DNA of 59,341 bases from contig JAYZQJ010000240.1 of assembly GCA_036149055.1 (NCBI GenBank), forward strand, positions 1-59,341. Reading direction: 5' to 3'. A program made the translations under genes and the position numbers. Source of the DNA: Myxococcota bacterium. GTDB lineage: Bacteria > Myxococcota_A > Polyangia > Polyangiales > Sandaracinaceae. Positions 17,414 to 25,758 of this stretch are shown here, piece after piece. Under the pieces are notes generated by a model. That model did not search any database, was not told the DNA's origin, and worked only from the letters and a program-made list of their open reading frames with translations. How positions within the stretch are numbered: position 1 is the stretch's first letter; each line of letters starts with the position of its first letter.

Positions 17414-19717
17414 ATGAGCATGCCGTCGCTCGACGCGATCCAGCCGGTCCACGACCGCTACCACCGCCGCCGCAAGCTCTCGATCGCGATCGCCGTCGCC
17501 TCGATCGTCGCCGCGACGGTGTACCTCTTCTGGCCCCTGTTCAGCGGGCAGGCGACCTACTTCGAGTGGGACGTGCCCGAGCAGTACTGGCCGGATCTCG
17601 TTTACCTCTGCGAGTCGCTGCACGGCGGAGAGCTGCCCTACTGGAACCCCTACGATCGCGGCGGCTACCCCTTCCACGCCGACCCTCAGGCCGGCACCTA
17701 CCACCCGCTCAACTGGGGCATCTGCGCCCTCGGTGGCCCGACGCCCGGGCTCGGCTGGGCGACGGCGCGGGTGGTCGTCGGCTTCCTGATCTGTGGCCTC
17801 TTCGGGCTGCTCTGGCTGCGGCGCCTCGGGGCCAGCTGGGCGGGCGCGATGGTCGGCGCGATCCTGCTCGAGGCGGCGCCCTTCATGCGCCACAACTGGG
17901 AGCTCAACCTCACGAGCGGCTACGCCTGGCTGCCGATGATGCTCTGGGCCGCCGAGCGGCTCGCCACCGAGCGCCGCATCCCGGACGGCCTCCTGCTCGC
18001 CCTCGCCTGGGCCCTCTGCGGCTGGACCGGCTCGCCCCCCGCCCTCTGGCTCGCGAGCAGCTTCACCGCCCTCTACCTCGTCTTCCGCCTGGGCGAGGTC
18101 TCGCGCGAGGTGGGGCTCTCCCTCGTGCGCGGGGTCCCGGCCCTGGCCACCGTCGCGCTCGTCGGCGCGGCGCTGCTCGGCGTCATGCTCGTGCCCGGCG
18201 CGGAGCTGAGCGAGCACTCGGTGCAAGCCGGCCGGAGCTTCGAGAGCATCTCGCAGGGCAGCCTGGAGGCGGACCAGCTCTTCGCGCTGCTCTGGCCGAT
18301 GCCGGGCAACCACCTCTACGTGGGCCTGCTCGCGATCGCGCTCACCCCGCTGGCGCTCGCGCGCGCCAAGAGCAACCTGCCGTGGTTCTTCCTGATCGTC
18401 TTCGTGGTCGGCGCGGCCCTCGCCTTCGGCGGCGCGGCGTTCCGGGTCGCCTACGACTGGCTCCCGGTCTTCGACGTCTTCCGCGCGCCCTACCGCTACC
18501 AGGCGTGGCTGGGGCCCTGCGCGGCCGGGCTGACGGCCCTCGGCCTGCCGAGCGAGAAGAAGGCGTTCGAGGGCGCGCTCGGCGGCCGGCTCCGGGTGGC
18601 CGGCCTGTGCTTGATCGCGATCGGGGTCGCCGCGCTCGTGCTCCTCGAGGGCCTCGGACCGGGCCTGCTCGCGATCGCGCTCGGGATCCTGCTCGCGTCG
18701 CGCACGCTGCGCCCGCCGCTGCACCAGGGGTCGATCCTGTGGGCGGTGCTGCTCGGCGCGATCGTGCTCGTGGACGTGACCCAGGCGCTGCCCGATCACC
18801 GCCACATGCGGCCCGGTCAGCCGCGGTGGGACGAGCCGGCGGCGGCCGCGGTCTTCCCGCACGCGCCGAACACCCGCGAGCGCTGGCGCTACATGGACGA
18901 GTTCGCGGTCGGGTGCCGCAGCGGCACGCGCACCCGGCGACGGGACTTCCGCGGCTACCAGGACCCGCTGCTGCTGGCGTCGTACGAGCGCGTGGTCGGG
19001 AGCCTGCGCGAGCACCCCGCCCTCGCGCCGCAGTTCAACGTGCGATACGCGCTCCAGGGACCGCACTTCATCCACGGCTGGGATCGCCACTACCTGCCGC
19101 CGCCCGACGCGCTGCGGGAGACGCTGAACGCGCGGGTCGTGCACCGCGGCGAGGGAGAGCGCACGGTCACCGAGCTGATGGACGCCCTGCCGGTCGCCTA
19201 CTTCGTGCCCGAGCGCGAGGTGGAGCGGGCGTCGAGCCGAGCCGACGCGCTGGCCCGCACGATCGCCCTCGCGCCGGGCGCCATCGCGGTGCTCGACGAG
19301 GCCGAGAGCCCCGAGGAGCGGCCCCCGCACGGGCGCGCGGCCGGAGGTCGCCCCCGGGCCGAGGCGCGCGGGCTGTCGCTCCGCCCCGATCGGGTGGCCT
19401 TCACCCTCGACGCCCCCGGCCGCGGCGTGGTCGTCATCAACGAGGCGTGGCTGCCCGGGTGGAAGGCGCGCGTCGACGGCCGCCGCGTCCCGATCTTCCG
19501 GGCCAACGGCTTCGTCCGCGCGGTCCCGGTGGACCGGGGCGAGCGCCGCGTGGTCCTCACCTACCGGCCCCGGAGCGGGCTCTACTGGCGACAGGTGCTC
19601 CTCATCGGCTGGCTCGCCATCCTCGTCGGCCTGCTCGGGCTCCCCCTCTCGGACGCCATCCGGCGCTGGGCCCGCGCGCGCGCCGCCAAGCCCGACCGCG
19701 CGCCACCGGAGGGCTGA
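17414..19717 (+). CDS. YfhO-like polytopic membrane glycosyltransferase (GT-C)
   Basis: WD..QYWP, GELPYWNPY..GYPFHADPQ..YHP, many TM helices, and C-terminal NEAWLPGWKARVDG..RANGFVRAV. Start uncertain (17369-17420). Confidence 0.8.
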   Translation: MSMPSLDAIQPVHDRYHRRRKLSIAIAVASIVAATVYLFWPLFSGQATYFEWDVPEQYWPDLVYLCESLHGGELPYWNPYDRGGYPFHADPQAGTYHPLNWGICALGGPTPGLGWATARVVVGFLICGLFGLLWLRRLGASWAGAMVGAILLEAAPFMRHNWELNLTSGYAWLPMMLWAAERLATERRIPDGLLLALAWALCGWTGSPPALWLASSFTALYLVFRLGEVSREVGLSLVRGVPALATVALVGAALLGVMLVPGAELSEHSVQAGRSFESISQGSLEADQLFALLWPMPGNHLYVGLLAIALTPLALARAKSNLPWFFLIVFVVGAALAFGGAAFRVAYDWLPVFDVFRAPYRYQAWLGPCAAGLTALGLPSEKKAFEGALGGRLRVAGLCLIAIGVAALVLLEGLGPGLLAIALGILLASRTLRPPLHQGSILWAVLLGAIVLVDVTQALPDHRHMRPGQPRWDEPAAAAVFPHAPNTRERWRYMDEFAVGCRSGTRTRRRDFRGYQDPLLLASYERVVGSLREHPALAPQFNVRYALQGPHFIHGWDRHYLPPPDALRETLNARVVHRGEGERTVTELMDALPVAYFVPEREVERASSRADALARTIALAPGAIAVLDEAESPEERPPHGRAAGGRPRAEARGLSLRPDRVAFTLDAPGRGVVVINEAWLPGWKARVDGRRVPIFRANGFVRAVPVDRGERRVVLTYRPRSGLYWRQVLLIGWLAILVGLLGLPLSDAIRRWARARAAKPDRAPPEG

Positions 19718-19799
19718 TCGCCGCGCGGAATGCGCAAGCCGACGCGCGACTCGCGCACCTTCTGCGCAGGCTGGCCCGGGACCAGGGCCCGCCCGCGCA

Positions 19800-19815
19800 C
19801 GGCACGCGCGATGCA
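19800..19815 (+). promoter_or_regulatory. Possible sigma54 -24/-12 promoter
   Basis: CGGCACGCGCGATGCA has GG-N10-GC spacing and lies about 95 bp upstream of the 19912 start. Confidence 0.4.
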
Positions 19816-19911
19816 CTGGACATGGGGGCGCGCTCGGAGCGAGTCGCTTCTGGGGGGAAGGCGGCTCGCTCCGGGCGTCAGCGTTCCGTCGATGTGAGAT
19901 AGTCCCGCGCG

Positions 19912-22002
19912 GTGAGCGCCGAGAACCTCTACCTGCACTATGTGTCCGACGGCCCGCCGCGGCGGCGGCAGACGATCTCCCGCGCCGACCTGCGCGACCT
20001 GATCACCGCGCGGCGCTCGGCGGGCCGACCGCCGGCGTCGCTCGAGGCGTACCGGAGCGGCGCCCCCGAGGCGGACGCGTTCACGCTCTCGTTCGACGAC
20101 GCCCACGCCTCGGTGCTCGCGCACGCCGCGCCGGTGCTCGCCGAGCTCGACATGCCGGCCACGCTCTTCGTCCCGACCGCCTACGTCGGGGCGTCGGACG
20201 CCTTCCTCGACTGGGACGACCTGCGCCGGCTCCGCGACCTCGGCTGGACCCTCGGCGCACACTCCCACACCCACCCGCGCATGAGCTGGCGGCTGCACGA
20301 CGAGGACGACGCCGCCCACCTCGCGCGCCTCCGGGACGAGCTCGCGCGCTCGCGAGAGCGCTTCGAGCGAGAGCTCGGCGAGGCCCCCGCGCTCTTCGCC
20401 TACCCGTACGGCGAGGCCCCGCCGGTCGCCCGCCGCGCGGCGCGGGAGGCGGGGTTCGAGTGCGCGTTCACCGTGGCCGGCGATCGGGCCTGGGACGGCG
20501 ATCGGCTCGCCATCCCCCGGCTCGACGCGCTCGAGACCCCGCCGCGCCAGGACGCGCCGACCGCGTTCAGCGTCGTGGTGCCCGCCTACGACCGGGTCGC
20601 GATCCTCGCCGACGTGGTGGGCCGCCTCGCCGGGCAGAGCTACCCCGAGGACCGCTACGAGGTGATCGTCGTCGACGACGGCTCGCCCGAGGCGCTCGCG
20701 CCGCTCTTCGCGGACGGCCCCTCGAACGTGCGCGTGGTGCGACAGGGCGACGACGGCTTCCGGGCCGGCCAGGCGCGCCAGCGGGGCGCCGACGAGGCGC
20801 GGCACGACCACCTCGTGTTCCTCGACGCCGACGTCGCGGTCGATCCGGACTTCCTCTGGCACCTCGACTGGGTGCACCGGCGGATCGACGACGCGGTGCT
20901 GCTCGGATACCTGAGCGGCTACAACCTGCACGACATGGGGCTGATCCACCGGCCCGCCGACGTGATCGGCGCCGACGTGCGCGGGCTCCCGATCATCCCG
21001 GACCGCTCCCGCGAGCCCACGCTGCGGGCCTGCCTCGACAACCTCGACTGGCTCGAGGACCCGTGGACGCTGACCTACACCGGCAACCTCTCGCTCCCGA
21101 AGGCCCTCTTCGAGCGGGTCGGCGGCTTCAGCGACGACTTCGTCGGATGGGGTCTCGAGGACATCGACCTCGGGGTGCGCCTCCAGCGGGGCGGCGGCCA
21201 GTTCGTGTTCAGCCGCTTCGCGATCGGCTGGCACGTGGTCGACCCCGACGAGACCGGTTGGCGCAACCCCTTCCGCGAGCGCGAGCCGACGATCGAGCGC
21301 TTCGCCGGGTACCTGACCAACCTCTCGATCCTGGAGCGACGCCACCCGGGCGACCCGGCCGTCCAGGGCTACGTGACCCGCTCGCGGGCGGACATCGACG
21401 AGACCTGCGCGAAGCCGATGACGGTCGGCATCGAGATGGGGGGCGAGGCGCGCGACCGCTCGACGCTGCACCGTCGCCTCCACCACGTGCAGCCGGGCGG
21501 GGTGCCGAAGCACGAGCTGCTCGACCGGGTCGCCTACGCGGAGAAGATCGGCGCCCGGACGATCTACGCGCTCGGCGGGGAGCCGGCCGAGCACCCCGAT
21601 CTGCTGGCGCTCCTCGAGGCGGCCTCGCGCGCGGTCTCGTGGGTGTCGCTCCAGACGATGGGCCACGGGTTCGCGACGCCGGGGCTGGCGAGGGACGCGC
21701 GGAGCGCCGGCCTGAACGGCGCGGTGATCGACACCTTCACCGCGGACGCGGCATTGCATGACGCGTTGCACTCCCCGGGATGCCACGCGCGCTGGCGGAA
21801 GGGCGTCGACGCGCTGCGGGACGCGGACCTCGAGCTCAGCGCGCGCCTCGTCGTGACCCCGCGCACCGCGCCCGGGCTGGAGGGCACGCGGCGGCTCCTC
21901 GAGGCGCTCGGGCTGGGGGTCTCCGAGGTCGTGTGGATCGACTGCAGCCCCCGGGATTTCGCCCACGACCTTCCGAACGCCGTTCAGCATTCGCGGCGCT
22001 GA
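19912..22002 (+). CDS. Fusion protein: NodB-type polysaccharide deacetylase + GT2 glycosyltransferase + radical-SAM-like barrel lacking CX3CX2C
   Basis: Deacetylase: LSFDD, GAHSHTH, FAYPYG. GT2: SVVVPAYD, VVDDGS, FLDAD, GWGLED. Radical-SAM-like: GGEP, HDAL. Confidence 0.85.
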   Translation: MSAENLYLHYVSDGPPRRRQTISRADLRDLITARRSAGRPPASLEAYRSGAPEADAFTLSFDDAHASVLAHAAPVLAELDMPATLFVPTAYVGASDAFLDWDDLRRLRDLGWTLGAHSHTHPRMSWRLHDEDDAAHLARLRDELARSRERFERELGEAPALFAYPYGEAPPVARRAAREAGFECAFTVAGDRAWDGDRLAIPRLDALETPPRQDAPTAFSVVVPAYDRVAILADVVGRLAGQSYPEDRYEVIVVDDGSPEALAPLFADGPSNVRVVRQGDDGFRAGQARQRGADEARHDHLVFLDADVAVDPDFLWHLDWVHRRIDDAVLLGYLSGYNLHDMGLIHRPADVIGADVRGLPIIPDRSREPTLRACLDNLDWLEDPWTLTYTGNLSLPKALFERVGGFSDDFVGWGLEDIDLGVRLQRGGGQFVFSRFAIGWHVVDPDETGWRNPFREREPTIERFAGYLTNLSILERRHPGDPAVQGYVTRSRADIDETCAKPMTVGIEMGGEARDRSTLHRRLHHVQPGGVPKHELLDRVAYAEKIGARTIYALGGEPAEHPDLLALLEAASRAVSWVSLQTMGHGFATPGLARDARSAGLNGAVIDTFTADAALHDALHSPGCHARWRKGVDALRDADLELSARLVVTPRTAPGLEGTRRLLEALGLGVSEVVWIDCSPRDFAHDLPNAVQHSRR

Positions 22003-22034
22003 CGGATTTGGAGGGCCCTCGGACCGGGGGCAGA

Positions 22035-22487
22035 ATGTCGCCCATGAGTGCGGTCGAGGACGACGACGACGACGAAGCCACCGTCATGCAGCAGGCGCCC
22101 GCGTGGGCGCTCGAGGACGACGACGGCGGGGTGGGCTACGAGCGGACGCTGGCGATCGAGGGGCTCGGCCCTGCCTCGTCCCCCGGGCTCGACCTCGGCG
22201 ACGCGAACGGCGAGGTGCCGCGGACGGTCGCCCTGCCGAGCGGGGACTACCCCGCGCTCGTGCCGGGCGCCGGGCCGATGCCGCACGATCCGAGCATGCC
22301 GAAGACGATGGCCCTCGAGGGCGCGGCCGCGGCGGCGCACTTCTCGAGCCCGGCCGCTCCCCCTGCGGCGCCGGTCGCGCAGGCCGACGACTCGGGCAGC
22401 GTGCTGAAGGTGCTGCTGATCGGGGTGGCCCTCTTCGTCGTGATGGCCACCGCCGCGGGCGCGGGGGTCTTCCTGCTGCTCCGGTGA
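22035..22487 (+). CDS. Small acidic/Pro-rich protein with C-terminal TM anchor
   Basis: In-frame ATGs at 22035 and 22044, low-complexity body, hydrophobic tail VLKVLLIGVALFVVMATAAGAGVFLLLR. Confidence 0.7.
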   Translation: MSPMSAVEDDDDDEATVMQQAPAWALEDDDGGVGYERTLAIEGLGPASSPGLDLGDANGEVPRTVALPSGDYPALVPGAGPMPHDPSMPKTMALEGAAAAAHFSSPAAPPAAPVAQADDSGSVLKVLLIGVALFVVMATAAGAGVFLLLR

Positions 22488-22522
22488 CGACGGCGGCGGG
22501 GTATGGCACCCTCGCCGCCACC

Positions 22523-23440
22523 GTGCAGGCGACCGTCGTCATCCCGACCTACCGGCGCGCGCCCCGACTCCGCGCGCTGCTCGAGTGCCTGACTCACCAG
22601 GAGCCGGACACCCTCGCCCGCGTGGTCGTGTGCGACGACGGCTCCGGCGACGAGACCGAGCAGGTCGCGCGCGCGTTCGAGGGGCGGCTGCCGCTCGTCT
22701 ACGCGTTTCAGGACGACGAGGGATTTCGGGCCGGTCAGGCGCGTAACCTCGGCATCGAACGCGCGATCGGCGACGTGGTGATCTTCGTGGACGACGACGT
22801 GCTCGTCCGCCCGGACTTCGTGCGCGAGCACCTGCGGGCACACGCGGAGACCGAGGGCGCGCGCAGCGTGGCCATCGGATACCGCCATCGGGTGACGGAG
22901 TACGAGGGCGGCGTGCCCGCCCGCGAGACCATCCTCGCCGCCGAGCGAGACGACCGGCTGGTGGAGCTCGACGGCCCGGTCACCGAGCATCCGTCGCCCT
23001 GGATCTACGTCTACTCCTGCAATTTCTCGGTGACCCTCGGCGGCCCGGAGCTCGTCTTCGACGACGGCTTCCGCGGCTGGGGCCTCGAGGACACGGAGCT
23101 GGGCTACCGCCTGCACGCGGCCGGCTACGCCATCGTCGAGGCGGACGGCGCCCGGGTGCTGCACGTCGAGGACCCGGCCCCGCGCGACCCGTTCCGCTGC
23201 GAGATCCGGCAGCTCCCGCCGAGCTACGACACCTACGTGAAGAACGCCGTCTACTTCATGGACAAGCACCCCGAGGACGCGGCGCTCCGGGACTTCGTGC
23301 GCGGCGACCTCCGGTGGTACGTGCTCGACGAGCACGGGCGCTGGGTGAAGAACGGGTACGCCAACGACGTCGACTTCGTGATCCAGACCTGCCGGGACCA
23401 GCTCCGCGCCGAGCGACCGGCCATCCGGGAGAGCGCATGA
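22523..23440 (+). CDS. GT2 family glycosyltransferase
   Basis: TVVIPTY, VCDDGS, GFRAGQARN, FVDDD, SCNFS and GWGLEDTELGYRL motifs. Alternative start GTG at 22484. Confidence 0.9.
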   Translation: MQATVVIPTYRRAPRLRALLECLTHQEPDTLARVVVCDDGSGDETEQVARAFEGRLPLVYAFQDDEGFRAGQARNLGIERAIGDVVIFVDDDVLVRPDFVREHLRAHAETEGARSVAIGYRHRVTEYEGGVPARETILAAERDDRLVELDGPVTEHPSPWIYVYSCNFSVTLGGPELVFDDGFRGWGLEDTELGYRLHAAGYAIVEADGARVLHVEDPAPRDPFRCEIRQLPPSYDTYVKNAVYFMDKHPEDAALRDFVRGDLRWYVLDEHGRWVKNGYANDVDFVIQTCRDQLRAERPAIRESA

Positions 23441-24513
23441 CAGCGAGGCAGCTACCCACCCTGACGCGCCACCCGGCGCTCTCGACGCCGCTCGACGAGC
23501 TGGCGGTCGAGCTCACCGTCTACTGCAACCTCAAGTGCGAGATGTGCAGCGTCTGGGAGCTCAAGCAGCACGGCGTCGACTTCGACAAGGCCATCGCGCT
23601 CCTCGACGAGGCCCGGGCCCTGGGCGCGAAGACCTTCGTGCCCTGCGGCGCCGAGAGCTTCATGCGCAAGGACTTCCTCGACATCGTCGAGCACGCCCAC
23701 GCGATCGGCTTCGAGCGCCAGGACATCGTCACCAACGGCACGATGATCACCGGCGCCCACCTCGACCGCCTCGAGCGTTGCCCGAGCGTCGCGCTCCACA
23801 TCAGCATCGACGGCCCGAAGGACATCCACGACCAGCTCCGCGGCGAGGGCAACTACGACAAGGCCGTCGCCACCGCCCGCGAGTGCGTCGAGCGCGGCAT
23901 CGAGCTCGGGCTCAGCGGCGTGATCCTCAAGGAGTCCCTCGACCACCTGAAGCCGCTGGTCAGCCTCGCGGCCGAGCTCGGGGTGGGCGAGGTGAGCTTC
24001 CAGCCGTTCCAGACCGAGATCAGCGGGCCGAACAAGGACATCCCGCGCTTCTCCCTGCTCCGCACCCCGCGGGCCCGCATCGTGGCCGCCCTCGAGGACC
24101 TCGCCGAGCACGCCGAGCGGCTCGGGGTGACCATCTTCACCGAGTCCCTCTTCGGCGTGATCCCCGACTACCTCGCCTTCGGCAAGCGGCCCATCCCGCC
24201 GGGCGGCTGCTACCTGCCCAGCAAGTTCCTGCTCGTCGACTTCCGCGGGAACATCTACCCCTGCTTCTTCATGCGGAGCGAGCAGGATCTGATGGGCAAC
24301 GTGAACGAGGGCACGACGCTCACCGACGTCTGGCACTCCGTGCACCACGAGCAGCTGCAGACCCTGGCGCTGACCGAGCGCTGCCCGGGCTGCCTCGCGG
24401 CCTGCTCGGACGTCGAGACCTTCGACGCGAGCGATCGGGACGCGGAGGTGACCTACGCGCCGCCCGCCCAGATCCTGCTCGAGAAGTCGGCTCCCCCGGC
24501 GGCGGCAGAGTGA
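23437..24513 (+). CDS. Radical SAM protein with SPASM/twitch-like Cys-rich C-terminus
   Basis: CNLKCEMC, TNGT, ISIDG..HDQLRG, C..GNIYPC..CPGC..C. ATGA overlap with the GT2 stop. Confidence 0.92.
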   Translation: MTARQLPTLTRHPALSTPLDELAVELTVYCNLKCEMCSVWELKQHGVDFDKAIALLDEARALGAKTFVPCGAESFMRKDFLDIVEHAHAIGFERQDIVTNGTMITGAHLDRLERCPSVALHISIDGPKDIHDQLRGEGNYDKAVATARECVERGIELGLSGVILKESLDHLKPLVSLAAELGVGEVSFQPFQTEISGPNKDIPRFSLLRTPRARIVAALEDLAEHAERLGVTIFTESLFGVIPDYLAFGKRPIPPGGCYLPSKFLLVDFRGNIYPCFFMRSEQDLMGNVNEGTTLTDVWHSVHHEQLQTLALTERCPGCLAACSDVETFDASDRDAEVTYAPPAQILLEKSAPPAAAE

Positions 24514-25685
24514 TGTCGAGCGTCGAAGGAGACCGGACCCGCGCCTGCGGCAGCTGCGGCGCCGAGGTCGCGCACCGCATGAGCGGCCGCGAGGCGATCG
24601 AGACCGAGGCCTGCCCGTCCTGCGGCGCCGAGGTGCTCTTCAGCAACTTCGTCCGCATGGACATCGCGCTGAGCGAGTACTGCAACCTGAAGTGCCAGAT
24701 GTGCCGGCGCCCGAGCGAGGCGCTCTTCATGGACGCCGAGCGCTGCAAGCGCGCCATGACCGAGGCGGTCGCGGTCGGGGTCGAGTACCTGAGCTTCTCG
24801 GGCGGCGAGCCCTTCGTGCACCCGAACATCATCGAGCTCCTCGAGCACGCGTTCTCGCTCGGGGCCAAGGTGCAGATGGTCTCGAACGGGACGCTCATCC
24901 GCGAGAAGCACCTCGACCTCCTCTCGCAGCTCGACTGCCTGACCATCAGCATCGACGGCACCGAGGCGGCGCACGATCACATCCGCCGCCGGCCCGGCAC
25001 CTACCAGCGCTCCCTCAAGACGCTGCGGCTGCTCACCGAGCAGTCGAGCATCACCTGGGGCACCAACACGGTGATGCAGCGCGACAACTACGACTGCCTC
25101 TACGACAGCTTCCGGGTCATCCAGGACATCGGCGGGTTCAAGTACGCCTACTGCGGCTTCAGCCACGTCGAGGTGGTGCCGGAGACGGTCGACCTGCAGA
25201 TGACGCCCGAGCAGCAGCGGGTCGCGCAGGCCCAGGTCCGGCGCATCGAGGAGGCGTGCAAGGCGACCAACACCTGGTTCAACGACCGGGAGATGCTCCT
25301 GCACCACTTCGACACCTACGCCCGCAAGGACCGCCGCTACCGCCCGGTCGACGGCTGCAAGATCCCGCAGAAGTTCATCGGCTTCTCCGATCACGGCTTC
25401 TACCTCTGCTGGCACCAGGGCCGGAACCTCACCGAGGAGAGCCTGGTCGACGCGCTGAAGAGCGACCTGGCCCGCGACATCGTGCGCGAGGGCCTCGAGA
25501 AGCGCTGCGTCGCCTGCAACTGCTTCAACTACTCGTGGGACGACGAGTGGAACCAGGGGATCATGGCGAGCGCCAAGGCCGGCGCCTCGGTCGAGGAGGG
25601 CATCGTCGCCCTCCGCATCCCCACCCGGCTCAAGATGGTGACCGGCGGTAGCGACGGAAACACGCTGGACATCCAGGAAATCTGA
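24513..25685 (+). CDS. Radical SAM protein with N-terminal zinc-ribbon-like CxxC pair and C-terminal Cys cluster
   Basis: CGSC..CPSC, CNLKCQMC, FSGGEP, SNGT, ISIDG..HDHIR and CVACNC. TGATG overlap with the upstream gene. Confidence 0.92.
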   Translation: MSSVEGDRTRACGSCGAEVAHRMSGREAIETEACPSCGAEVLFSNFVRMDIALSEYCNLKCQMCRRPSEALFMDAERCKRAMTEAVAVGVEYLSFSGGEPFVHPNIIELLEHAFSLGAKVQMVSNGTLIREKHLDLLSQLDCLTISIDGTEAAHDHIRRRPGTYQRSLKTLRLLTEQSSITWGTNTVMQRDNYDCLYDSFRVIQDIGGFKYAYCGFSHVEVVPETVDLQMTPEQQRVAQAQVRRIEEACKATNTWFNDREMLLHHFDTYARKDRRYRPVDGCKIPQKFIGFSDHGFYLCWHQGRNLTEESLVDALKSDLARDIVREGLEKRCVACNCFNYSWDDEWNQGIMASAKAGASVEEGIVALRIPTRLKMVTGGSDGNTLDIQEI

Positions 25686-25758
25686 GCCACGTCGGCGTTG
25701 AAAACGCCTCCCGGAAGGAGGACGATGTTCGTCCCGGGAGGTGTGTTCGATGCTTGAA

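Noticed and set aside
22035..25685. RiPP cluster (precursor plus rSAM/SPASM maturases)
   Set aside because: No RRE/PqqD domain, peptidase, transporter or short leader-core peptide is visible, and the context is glycosyltransferases.
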